Below the pieces are notes generated by a model. The model was given only the letters and a program-made list of their open reading frames with translations, was not told the origin of the DNA and searched no databases. Below, piece after piece: positions 18,581-26,270 of a stretch of 26,591 nucleotides of DNA (position 1 is its first letter; every line of letters begins with the position of its first letter). Origin of the DNA: a virus. Its lineage: Duplodnaviria > Caudoviricetes. The stretch is from positions 1 through 26,591 of IMG/VR virus record IMGVR_UViG_3300025103_000132; one strand, given 5' to 3'. The position numbers and the translations under genes were made by a program.

Positions 18581-18714
18581 TTTTGTCTACGTCCTTGTCT
18601 ATTGTATTTTTTATTATTCTGCAACTTCTTTTTTTTATTAGGGCTCTTACAATGTCTTCTAGGTCTCTTCCTAGGTTTATCTCTTTCAACAAAGTCTTTA
18701 AACTTTCTAGCCAT
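18577..18714 (-). CDS. Highly basic small protein (45 aa)
   Basis: MARKFKDFVERDKPRKRPRRHCKSPNKKKKLQNNKKYNRQGRRQK*. Fills the gap with overlaps at both ends (ATGA with the next gene). Below the ORF-track cutoff. Confidence 0.78.
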   Translation of the reverse strand: MARKFKDFVERDKPRKRPRRHCKSPNKKKKLQNNKKYNRQGRRQK

Positions 18715-19048
18715 TTTCTTGTGAACGATCTAACAAAGCATAAGAAATTATTCCTTGTATTTCATTTGCAGTGTCTGCAGTCATTTTTAATATATCACCT
18801 GCTTCTAAATTTAAGGTATTATTAATTACATCTATTGTTGTGGTAGCAGCAATTGATTGTTTAAATATTCTAAAGGTTGTAGTTGCTGAGGTGTCAGTAA
18901 ATTGAACTTCTAAACTTACAGCACCAGAATGCTCGTTACTTGCTTGAATTTGTTTTATTAAAATAGTTGCATCTGTTGGACAGGTAAGAACACTTGTACT
19001 TCCTGTTGTTGTTAAATTTATTCCTTGATTTTTATATTGTATTGTCAT
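18707..19048 (-). CDS. Putative small virion structural protein (beta-rich, 113 aa)
   Basis: Thr-rich beta pattern ending LNLEAGDILK; lies in the tail operon with an ATGA overlap upstream. Confidence 0.65.
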   Translation of the reverse strand: MTIQYKNQGINLTTTGSTSVLTCPTDATILIKQIQASNEHSGAVSLEVQFTDTSATTTFRIFKQSIAATTTIDVINNTLNLEAGDILKMTADTANEIQGIISYALLDRSQENG

Positions 19049-19209
19049 GACATAAAGTAATTAAACGAATCTTGTTCGTTTTTCAAGTCTTGTTGGTATG
19101 AAGTATTCAATTGGTTTTCAACAGTAGCTAAAGCTTGGTTAATCTGTCTAAAACCTTCAGTTGTGTATTCTTGTGGTGGTTCCGGTACATATACATTTAT
19201 TTTAGCCAT
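19045..19209 (-). CDS. Small putative tail-associated protein (54 aa)
   Basis: MAKINVYVPEPPQEYTTEGFRQINQALATVENQLNTSYQQDLKNEQDSFNYFMS*. GAGGAG SD upstream, ATGA overlap downstream. Below the ORF-track cutoff. Confidence 0.8.
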   Translation of the reverse strand: MAKINVYVPEPPQEYTTEGFRQINQALATVENQLNTSYQQDLKNEQDSFNYFMS

Positions 19210-19636
19210 GTAATGCTACTCCTCTCTCTGAAGAATCAAACCCACCTCTAGGTGAAGTACTTGGTGCACTTTGGTTTGCTCCACCAGGTCTATCTCCTCT
19301 GCCTCTATCACCTACAGAAGAATTTTGATTATTTAATCTTTGTTGTATTTGTTGTATTTGATTTTTATTTTGAGCAGCTATTAATTGTTTCTGCATTCTT
19401 TTGTCTTGTAAATAACTAGAAATTACGTTTCGTTTACCTACTAGAGCAGATATACCAATTAAAGGATTTATTGAAGTTCCTAACATAGTTGATCCTAAAG
19501 ATTCTAATCCAATTTTTTCACCAATTTTATTTAATGCAATATTTTTTATTACGTTTGTACCCATTGTTTTAAAATCTGGCAAAGTCATACCTTCATCTAC
19601 TAAAGGAGCTATGCCTTGAGGTTGTAATTGTTCCAC
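19202..19636 (-). CDS. Hypothetical protein with Gln/Asn-rich and disordered C-terminus
   Basis: GTG start overlaps the upstream TAG; fills the gap between the nozzle gene and the 54-aa gene. Confidence 0.65.
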   Translation of the reverse strand: MEQLQPQGIAPLVDEGMTLPDFKTMGTNVIKNIALNKIGEKIGLESLGSTMLGTSINPLIGISALVGKRNVISSYLQDKRMQKQLIAAQNKNQIQQIQQRLNNQNSSVGDRGRGDRPGGANQSAPSTSPRGGFDSSERGVALHG

Positions 19637-21771
19637 TATCTTCTACCATCTGGGTTTACATCAGCTCTGAAAGTTCCAAATCTCCAAGTTTCATCGACTG
19701 CTGTGTTTTGTATTTTTAAATTTGCCAATCTTCCTCTAGCTCTTGTATCTATTTTTTCTGTAGACGAGTTTATAGTAAAAGGACCTAATTGAGAAGAACT
19801 TCCAGCATCAATAGGAAAGTTTTTTAAGAATATTGTAACTATTGCGTTACCTTGTAGATTTTTAAAGTCTGGTAAAAACCTACTCACTCTTAGCATATTT
19901 TCTCCGTCTCCGTCTGTGGGTAAATCAAAATCTCCTGATTGAATGTATGCAGGTATAGCAGTCTCTGTACCATCTAAAGCTATTTCGTTAGTACCAACTT
20001 CCTGAGCAAAATATAAAGATGATCCGAAAGTATTTGTTGCTCCGCTTAAATTAGAAATTGTTGGAGTTGCAGTAGATGTGTATTCTGTTGCATAAGGCAC
20101 ATCATAGGTACTAGCATCTGCATAGGAACTTCTAGCTAAAGTCATTGTAGCCCAAGTATTTTCTACATAATTATAAACTACTGATCTATTGTTTTGTACT
20201 GCTGGACTACCTGAGGGGGTGCCTGCTGGGTAAAACCAAATTATTTCATTAAACAAAGAATTGTGTGAGCCATATATAATTTCATTAGATGAATAATTTA
20301 TACCTACATTTGATCCGGTGGTCGTGAATACAAAATCTTCTACAAGTGATGGAAGTAATTTAACTGTACCATCAAATACAAAAAACCCTCCACCTGCTCC
20401 CATCCAAAATACTTTACCATCCGCATATACGGTTGCGTGTTGACCAATACATCCACAGTTAGAACCAACTTGTCGTATAGAAAAAGTAAAGGGCGGGCCC
20501 ACAAACTGCATTGTATATGCTGCTTGGTCTGTTAAAATTAAGTTGTAATCTTTACCAGAAACTGCTGCAACGATTTTGTTTCCGGTGTCCAGTCTAAATG
20601 TACCTGCAGTATTTACAGAAGTTGGTTGATACACACTATAGTTTTCTTGATCACTAAATCTAATAAACATTGGATCTTGTGTAGTAGAATCTCCAATAGT
20701 TGTTTCAGTTCCAAAATGAACAACGTGTCTATCTCTATCTGATGTTATAGTTAATCTAGTTGCTGTTGGAGCACCAGACATAATTACTGCTCGTTGTTCT
20801 AATGGGTTTGATACACCAGGATTCCAAACAAATGTTTTACCATCTTTTACAGTAGCAATCAGTTGTTCCCCAAAATTATCAAGTGACCATGATCCAGGAT
20901 CTAGAATTAAAGAAGAAGTAGTAGTTCCTGATCCCCAAGTTAACCTACTCCAAGTTCCTGTGCCCCAACCATAACCATAAGTTTGAATTGTTGGCCCTAT
21001 TTCTTCATAAGGATTTATTGAAGCTCCACCTGCTGCGGACATTCCTGTACCTGTTTCAGTGGTAGTCATTTTAATAGTAAATGAATTCGTAGCTGTAGTT
21101 AATACTTCAAAAGTAAAACTAGTAAAATCTGTTGTGTTGTATCTTGTGACTGTTGCTTCTCTTACTGCTACACCACTTGAATGAGATGCTGCAGTTGTGC
21201 TGTTTGTACCTCTTGTGCATCCTGTTAAATCGTTCGAAGACTTTCCTGTATATGTAATTAGTTCATTACCAATTCTTACAGTGCCTGCCGAAGAAAAACC
21301 TGTGGAACTTGTAAGTGTAATAGTTGTAACAGAATCATTTATATCACCATTAAGCGTAGTAGCTTGTCCTGGTACAGTGACAGATGAAAAAGTAATATAC
21401 TCTCCAACTTCAAGAACGTGACTTGTTTTATTTACGGTTACAATATCTGATCCATTTGTTGATGTAAAAGTTGCACCTGTTATGGCTGTAGCCAAAGGTG
21501 TTACATCATAAAATTTGTCTTCATAATAAATATATAAAGCTTTAGATGTACCAAGTGCAGCATATCTTCTACCTTCTAAATCTGTCCAAGTGTGTTGGGC
21601 TCTTGTTGGCCCTGCAATTGTTTGTTGACCTATAGCTGTATAACCACCTATTTTTTCTGGTTGTCCATATCTAAATCTTACAAAATCTCCATCAATCCAT
21701 TGTCCTTCTGCTCCTGATGGGGTATCTGCTTTATTGAAACCTGGGGCTATTCTTACATTTGTTAAAGGCAT
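19636..21771 (-). CDS. Tail nozzle / tail tubular protein B-like (P22 gp10-like stabilisation protein)
   Basis: 711 aa beta-rich. VRFRYGQPEKIGG, WSLDNFGEQL, IRFSDQE, AGTFRL, EIIWFYP, TRARGR, WRFG are typical of podovirus nozzle proteins. Confidence 0.75.
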   Translation of the reverse strand: MPLTNVRIAPGFNKADTPSGAEGQWIDGDFVRFRYGQPEKIGGYTAIGQQTIAGPTRAQHTWTDLEGRRYAALGTSKALYIYYEDKFYDVTPLATAITGATFTSTNGSDIVTVNKTSHVLEVGEYITFSSVTVPGQATTLNGDINDSVTTITLTSSTGFSSAGTVRIGNELITYTGKSSNDLTGCTRGTNSTTAASHSSGVAVREATVTRYNTTDFTSFTFEVLTTATNSFTIKMTTTETGTGMSAAGGASINPYEEIGPTIQTYGYGWGTGTWSRLTWGSGTTTSSLILDPGSWSLDNFGEQLIATVKDGKTFVWNPGVSNPLEQRAVIMSGAPTATRLTITSDRDRHVVHFGTETTIGDSTTQDPMFIRFSDQENYSVYQPTSVNTAGTFRLDTGNKIVAAVSGKDYNLILTDQAAYTMQFVGPPFTFSIRQVGSNCGCIGQHATVYADGKVFWMGAGGGFFVFDGTVKLLPSLVEDFVFTTTGSNVGINYSSNEIIYGSHNSLFNEIIWFYPAGTPSGSPAVQNNRSVVYNYVENTWATMTLARSSYADASTYDVPYATEYTSTATPTISNLSGATNTFGSSLYFAQEVGTNEIALDGTETAIPAYIQSGDFDLPTDGDGENMLRVSRFLPDFKNLQGNAIVTIFLKNFPIDAGSSSQLGPFTINSSTEKIDTRARGRLANLKIQNTAVDETWRFGTFRADVNPDGRR

Positions 21772-21772
21772 A

Positions 21773-22714
21773 TTAATTTACTCTCAAAAATCTATATTGA
21801 ATTTCTCCATTACCACCTGCAGCTCCTAAACCGGTAACACTTTCAGTGCCGTATTGAGCACCTCCACCACCTCCACCTGATCCACGAGTTCCTGCAGTTC
21901 CACCAGTTGATCCACCTTGAGGTGATCCTGCACCTCCTGCAACATTACCTGAATAAGATGCACCACCAATAGATCCACCTATTTGACAGTTGTCTCCACT
22001 ACAGTTTCCATTGTTACCACCAACAACTCCATTACCTGATTGATTAAATGTTCCAACCGGCCCTGATGTCAAAGTTGTTACTGCTTTAGTTGATCCATCA
22101 CTATCTCTAAAATTTCCTGACGTAACAGCTGAGCCATTTATTGTAGCCGATCCAGCAGTTCCTGCAGTGTTTGTTCTTAAAGGTCCTTGTACTGCACCAC
22201 CTGTACCACTTGCTCCACCTCCAGCACCTAAAGTAAATAAAGATCCAGTTGAAGATCCAGAAAGAGTTGTATTAGTTCCAGCTGAGGCTGTTTTAGGATG
22301 ACCAAAATTAGATGTTTGATTTCCTGGTGCACCACCACCACCTATTCCATAAGAAATTGTTTCGCCTTCAGCAACAGTAAAGACTTTATCTGATACATAA
22401 GCTCCTGATCCTCCACCTGCTCCTGCAGATTCACCCCCTGCTTTATCGTAACTAACTCCACCTGCAGCTCCACCACCTCCACCAACAGAAGCCTGTATGT
22501 GAATTGCGTTAGCACCATCAGGCACTGTGAAAGTTCCTGATCCTGAACTTAATGTTTGAATTGAAGTTGCTTGAAAAGCTGCAAATACTAATTTCCAAAC
22601 ACCAGATACTTTTGCATATATTTCATCTGCTTCTTGCCAAGTACCCGATACTTTGCCATAAGCATTATCTATCTCTTGAAACGTTCCTGATACTTTGCCA
22701 TAGGTATTAGCCAT
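21773..22714 (-). CDS. Glycine-rich tail fibre/receptor-binding-like protein
   Basis: SGTFTVP..A..I....VGGGGG...GGGSG...GGNGEI glycine-rich domain pattern; N-terminal Y(G/A)KVSG repeats; AGGAG SD. Confidence 0.7.
   Translation of the reverse strand: MANTYGKVSGTFQEIDNAYGKVSGTWQEADEIYAKVSGVWKLVFAAFQATSIQTLSSGSGTFTVPDGANAIHIQASVGGGGGAAGGVSYDKAGGESAGAGGGSGAYVSDKVFTVAEGETISYGIGGGGAPGNQTSNFGHPKTASAGTNTTLSGSSTGSLFTLGAGGGASGTGGAVQGPLRTNTAGTAGSATINGSAVTSGNFRDSDGSTKAVTTLTSGPVGTFNQSGNGVVGGNNGNCSGDNCQIGGSIGGASYSGNVAGGAGSPQGGSTGGTAGTRGSGGGGGGAQYGTESVTGLGAAGGNGEIQYRFLRVN
22596..22702 (-). repeat. Three 42-nt (14-aa) tandem repeats Y(G/A)KVSGx(W/F)
   Basis: gatacttt occurs at 22605, 22647 and 22689; protein YGKVSGTFQEIDNA/YGKVSGTWQEADEI/YAKVSGVWK. 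Confidence 0.8.
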
Positions 22715-22722
22715 TTAAACTC

Positions 22723-23394
22723 CTATGAATATTTAAACCAAATGTCTCCATCACTACCTCCTGATGGGGAAGATGTACTTATTGTAAATTTTCTTTGTAG
22801 TTTTGCAGCAGTTATAGCATCGTTAGCAATTTTAGCCGTTGTCACATTTACGTTAGAAATGGCAGCGGTCAAAACAGCATTATCTGCTAGCTGTGCGCTT
22901 TGGATTGCATCGTCAGCAATTTTATCGTTGTTTACTGCATCATCAGCAATTGAAGCTGTTCCTATTGTACCACCTAATGTATCTAGTGATACTTCATTTA
23001 AGTTTGTACCATCAGCATATGCTGCATAAATTTTTGAAGAATCTAATGTAAATCCAGTTCCCGATGCAGTTTTAATCGTAAGGTTTGTTGGATTAGTAAT
23101 TAATCTGCAATCAAATATATAAAATTTTTCTATTGAGTCTGGTATAGTTACTGTCGTTGCGCCAGCTAATGTAATTGTCGCAAACTTAATTACCATATTT
23201 CTAGCAGTAGAAATAGATGCATTACTCATTACTAGTGCTGTAGTTGAACCGCTTGATAAAGTTATAGATTCAAAACCTGCTATTGCTTGTTGAACAAGTT
23301 CTAGATTTGTGTTTGTTTTAGTTCCCCATGTACCCGAGTTTTCACCCGTAGCCATTAGTTCTAATTTAAGATCTGATGAAAATGTTGATGCCAT
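22723..23394 (-). CDS. Putative proximal tail fibre protein
   Basis: N-terminal LELMATGENSGTWGTKTNTNL, internal 10-aa IADDA(V/I)xxxK repeats, C-terminal SPSGGSDGDIW motif. Confidence 0.7.
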   Translation of the reverse strand: MASTFSSDLKLELMATGENSGTWGTKTNTNLELVQQAIAGFESITLSSGSTTALVMSNASISTARNMVIKFATITLAGATTVTIPDSIEKFYIFDCRLITNPTNLTIKTASGTGFTLDSSKIYAAYADGTNLNEVSLDTLGGTIGTASIADDAVNNDKIADDAIQSAQLADNAVLTAAISNVNVTTAKIANDAITAAKLQRKFTISTSSPSGGSDGDIWFKYS

Positions 23395-23402
23395 AATTTT
23401 GT

Positions 23403-23431
23403 ATTATACCCTTTTTAAGCTGCTATATCAA
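23403..23431 (-). promoter_or_regulatory. Near-consensus sigma70 promoter, (near-)leaderless transcript
   Basis: TTGATA(23431-23426)-N17-TATAAT(23408-23403). ATG at 23394 is only 8 nt downstream, with no SD. Confidence 0.75.
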
Positions 23432-24293
23432 CTTCTGTCCAAGTATTAGAAACCCCTTTATTTACTTCAGTCCATGTGTTGGTCACATCTGGATCTACGT
23501 TAGACCAAGCAGTAATTAGTGGACCATTTATAGATCCAGTTAATTGAATACCTGTGACTGCAACCTCTACTCCAGGAACAGCTACTGCTGTACCAATAGA
23601 AGAGGTCAACTGAGAACCTGTAACATCTACAGGAGTATTTATATCTATGGTTTCTTCTCCTAAAGCAGCTGTTATTAGACTTCCAGTTACACTAACATTT
23701 GCATCTGCGGTAGTTGTTGCAGAACCTATTGACGTTTGTAATTGACTTCCTGTAACATCAACATCTTTACTTATTGCAATAGAAACTGAATTAACTGAGA
23801 ATGTAGCTTGACTTCCTGTAATACTTATATTTGCGTCACCTGTTACATCAACACTATTTGTTGACATAACCATGTCATGTTCAGTAACAATAACACTGAC
23901 ATTACCGTCAGCACTTACAGAATAAGTACCAAGTGATAAACCTAATTGTGAACCCGTAACTGGTACGTTTGCATTTCCTACAAGAGCTTCTTCTCCCATT
24001 GACATAGTCAATTGAGATCCAGTTACTGCAGCACTTGCTCCAGCTTGAGTAGAAGCACTTCCAATAGAACCTGTTAACTGAGAACCTGTTACACTTACAT
24101 TAGTGTTTATATCAATATTAGAATTTCCTAAAGACCCTGTTAATTGTAAACCTGTGACGGCTACATTTGCATTTGCAGTTACAGTTGTAGCACCGATAGA
24201 ACCTGTTAACTGTGAACCTGTAACGGCTACGTTGACACTAGTTCCTCCTAAAGAAGATATCGGGGACTGTGATAAAGCTGTAATACCTAACAT
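23415..24293 (-). CDS. Repeat-containing putative virion protein (about 11 x 22-aa VTGSQLT repeats)
   Basis: VxVTGSQLTxSIG repeated at a period of about 22 aa; Ser/Thr/Val/Gly-rich; C-terminal W-x10-W-x10-W; AAGGA SD 9 nt upstream. Confidence 0.8.
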   Translation of the reverse strand: MLGITALSQSPISSLGGTSVNVAVTGSQLTGSIGATTVTANANVAVTGLQLTGSLGNSNIDINTNVSVTGSQLTGSIGSASTQAGASAAVTGSQLTMSMGEEALVGNANVPVTGSQLGLSLGTYSVSADGNVSVIVTEHDMVMSTNSVDVTGDANISITGSQATFSVNSVSIAISKDVDVTGSQLQTSIGSATTTADANVSVTGSLITAALGEETIDINTPVDVTGSQLTSSIGTAVAVPGVEVAVTGIQLTGSINGPLITAWSNVDPDVTNTWTEVNKGVSNTWTEVDIAA

Positions 24294-24305
24294 ATAATAA
24301 AATCC

Positions 24306-24347
24306 TTAAAAGGAGACAGGGGGTATGTGGTGGTGCCCTGCCTCCAT
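24306..24347 (-). other. Candidate leaderless leader peptide MEAGHHHIPPVSF
   Basis: ATG GAG GCA GGG CAC CAC CAC ATA CCC CCT GTC TCC TTT TAA, starting 6 nt after a TATAAT box. Translation is not demonstrated. Confidence 0.4.
24308..24345 (-). terminator. GC-rich stem-loop followed by UUUU (terminator/attenuator or small RNA)
   Basis: GGAGGCAGGG / CCCUGUCUCC 10-bp stem (one G-U), 14-nt loop CACCACCACAUACC, then UUUU. Confidence 0.65.
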
Positions 24348-24353
24348 CTAAGA

Positions 24354-24362
24354 ATTATATCA
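24354..24362 (-). promoter_or_regulatory. Extended -10 promoter TGATATAAT
   Basis: Exact TGnTATAAT built from the upstream TGA stop codon; weak -35 (TTCCTT) at 17 nt. Confidence 0.65.
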
Positions 24363-25016
24363 TCGCTTAAACCACGAAGGAAGACCTAGATGAGGTCTTT
24401 TATCAAACATATTGTCCTTTGCACCTGGTGTTTTACGATTATTATAATGTAAAAAAACCTGTACGCATTCCTTACCTTTAAATTTATTTCTCCAATGCTC
24501 TAGTTCACACCCAGAGTAAACTAACATATCACCTTGTTTTAAATCTACTTTAATACCTTTAGCTTTGCTTTCAGCAGTTATTTTTCCCCCATTTGGTATA
24601 CCCACATTTTGATCAGGGCTAAGATATATAGGCCAAGGATCACCACCTAAATTCATAGTAGTAGATATCTCGCAACTAAATCTATCTTTGTGTCTTTTTA
24701 ATTCATCACCTTTTTTATATATTCTAGCATAAGTATATGCAGGATATAATTTAAGTCCTGTTGCTTCTTCCATTTTAGGAAGGCATTTTAATAATAAAGT
24801 TTCCATAGCCATATTTGCATATTGCGAATAAGTGTTTGGAATCTGTTCATCTTTACCTTCATAATACCCAATTATTGTCTCAAAAGGTGAGAAGTATCTT
24901 GATTGTTTACAGGTATCATAAACTTGTTTTTGCATACTAAAATAATTTGCAATAAAACTAGCTAAGTCTTTTGATATTGCTTGACGGATAACTGTATATT
25001 TTTTCTTTTTAAACAT
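24360..25016 (-). CDS. 2OG-Fe(II) oxygenase family protein
   Basis: YTYARIY..GDELKRHKDRFSCEIS (HxD), GDMLVYSGCELEHWR (distal His), QVFLHY. Start at 25016 (MFKKKKY) gives the usual short overlap, unlike 25082. Confidence 0.85.
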   Translation of the reverse strand: MFKKKKYTVIRQAISKDLASFIANYFSMQKQVYDTCKQSRYFSPFETIIGYYEGKDEQIPNTYSQYANMAMETLLLKCLPKMEEATGLKLYPAYTYARIYKKGDELKRHKDRFSCEISTTMNLGGDPWPIYLSPDQNVGIPNGGKITAESKAKGIKVDLKQGDMLVYSGCELEHWRNKFKGKECVQVFLHYNNRKTPGAKDNMFDKRPHLGLPSWFKR

Positions 25017-25641
25017 CTTTAGCCATTTCTTTTGGTACAGCTTGTATGTTCCAATGTATAAATCTGAAAGGCTCTTTACCAAAATCTACTGCAAATTCAT
25101 GTTCCAAAAACCCTGGAAAGATAATTAAAGTTCCAGGTGTAGGTTTAAAATGTATAAGTTCAGATCCACCCCACACACCTTTTTGATCTGGTTTCATTTT
25201 TAATTTTGTAGCTCTAGCACCAGTTCTCGGTTCGTGAAATACTGGAAAAGATGTTTTATCACTGCACTTTAAAAAATAAAAACCCGATACGTGTTGGTTC
25301 CAATGTATATGTGCACTGTGATGACCACCACCTTTTTTAGCAAACTCTTGTACCCATAATTCAGAAAACATAGTTGTGTATTGTTGCATATCAAAACCTT
25401 GATGATCTAAATACTCCCAAGACTTTTGACCAATGTAATTTCTAAAATCTAAAAAATTATTGTCTGCTGTAAGTGGTGTTGAATGATATGATCTTCCAAA
25501 GTCACCGTGTTCTTTTATAAATTTTTTTTCTCTGTTTCTTGCTTCTTTAATATATTTATTAGAAGCTTTGTTTAATGACTTTACAAACTCTGGTTTTTTC
25601 TCTGACCAGATAGTTGTATTAAAATAATTATTGATAAACAT
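25009..25641 (-). CDS. Putative 2OG-Fe(II) oxygenase (TIGR02466-like)
   Basis: LWVQ...GGHHSAHIH...VSGFYFL (HxH), F.EPR, P.PGTLIIFPGFLEHEF, RFIHWN. Confidence 0.85.
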   Translation of the reverse strand: MFINNYFNTTIWSEKKPEFVKSLNKASNKYIKEARNREKKFIKEHGDFGRSYHSTPLTADNNFLDFRNYIGQKSWEYLDHQGFDMQQYTTMFSELWVQEFAKKGGGHHSAHIHWNQHVSGFYFLKCSDKTSFPVFHEPRTGARATKLKMKPDQKGVWGGSELIHFKPTPGTLIIFPGFLEHEFAVDFGKEPFRFIHWNIQAVPKEMAKDV

Positions 25642-26270
25642 TATTTAAAAGGTTTTCCTAAATGCCAAACAACAAGACTATATCTTGTGCCTGATGTTAC
25701 GGGTTTAACTCTATGCCAAACAAAAGAAGGAAACACAATAATAGATCCTTTCGGTAAAATCTCTTTTGCTTTTACTAAATGTTTAGTTTCTTCTCTCATA
25801 TGTGGATCGTAGTTTCTAAAATCAAATTCTAATTCACCACCTTTATATTCTGAACCATCTGTTAATTGACAAGTCATAGATAGTTTTCGAATCTTACCAT
25901 TGTCAGGTCCTTCTTTTTCATAAGGTTTATCCCAACTATCACAATGCCAATCATAATATTGGTTGTGTTTATATTTTGTAAACTGACAAGATTCACTTCT
26001 TTCCCAATCAAAGTTCCAACCAGCTGCTTTATTTGCTTCGTGAACGTATGGGTGTAATTCTTTATATATCCAAGTATCATTTAACCAGACTAGATCAGAG
26101 TTTCTTCTTCTCTTCATATCTTTGACTTCTTCTTTTTTTAAATCTCTATCACCATACCCACCAGTTCTAGCCATTACTTCTTCTTGTTGATTAGCATAAG
26201 CTATAACATCATCACAAAATTTTGGTGTCAGAGCTTTAGGAAAATGCCAGTAGTAATTAGATAAATTCAT
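25641..26270 (-). CDS. 2OG-Fe(II) oxygenase, prolyl-4-hydroxylase/PKHD-like
   Basis: QFTKY...YYDWHCD (HxD), RKLSMTCQL, YKGGEL, FPSFVWHRVKPVTSGTRYSLVVW (distal His and RxS). Confidence 0.9.
   Translation of the reverse strand: MNLSNYYWHFPKALTPKFCDDVIAYANQQEEVMARTGGYGDRDLKKEEVKDMKRRRNSDLVWLNDTWIYKELHPYVHEANKAAGWNFDWERSESCQFTKYKHNQYYDWHCDSWDKPYEKEGPDNGKIRKLSMTCQLTDGSEYKGGELEFDFRNYDPHMREETKHLVKAKEILPKGSIIVFPSFVWHRVKPVTSGTRYSLVVWHLGKPFK

Noticed and set aside
18293-18825. Three overlapping hydrophobic plus-strand ORFs that look like membrane proteins
   Set aside because: The Phe/Leu richness is the reverse complement of Lys/Arg/Asn codons in the real minus-strand small genes.
22714-22742. Programmed frameshift or readthrough fusing the two fibre genes (GTTTAAAT occurs twice)
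   Set aside because: Readthrough is out of frame, a -1 shift at TTT AAA meets TAA at once, and the downstream gene has its own AGGAG SD.
23500-24240. Recurrent gaacctgt(t/a)ac DNA repeats as a CRISPR array or DGR template
   Set aside because: They are degenerate codon-level copies of the VTGSQL protein repeat; no cas or reverse transcriptase gene is present.
21197-26080. ORFs 21197..21421, 22742..23029, 24103..24297 (+) and 25874..26080 (-)
   Set aside because: Shadows of tail and oxygenase genes.
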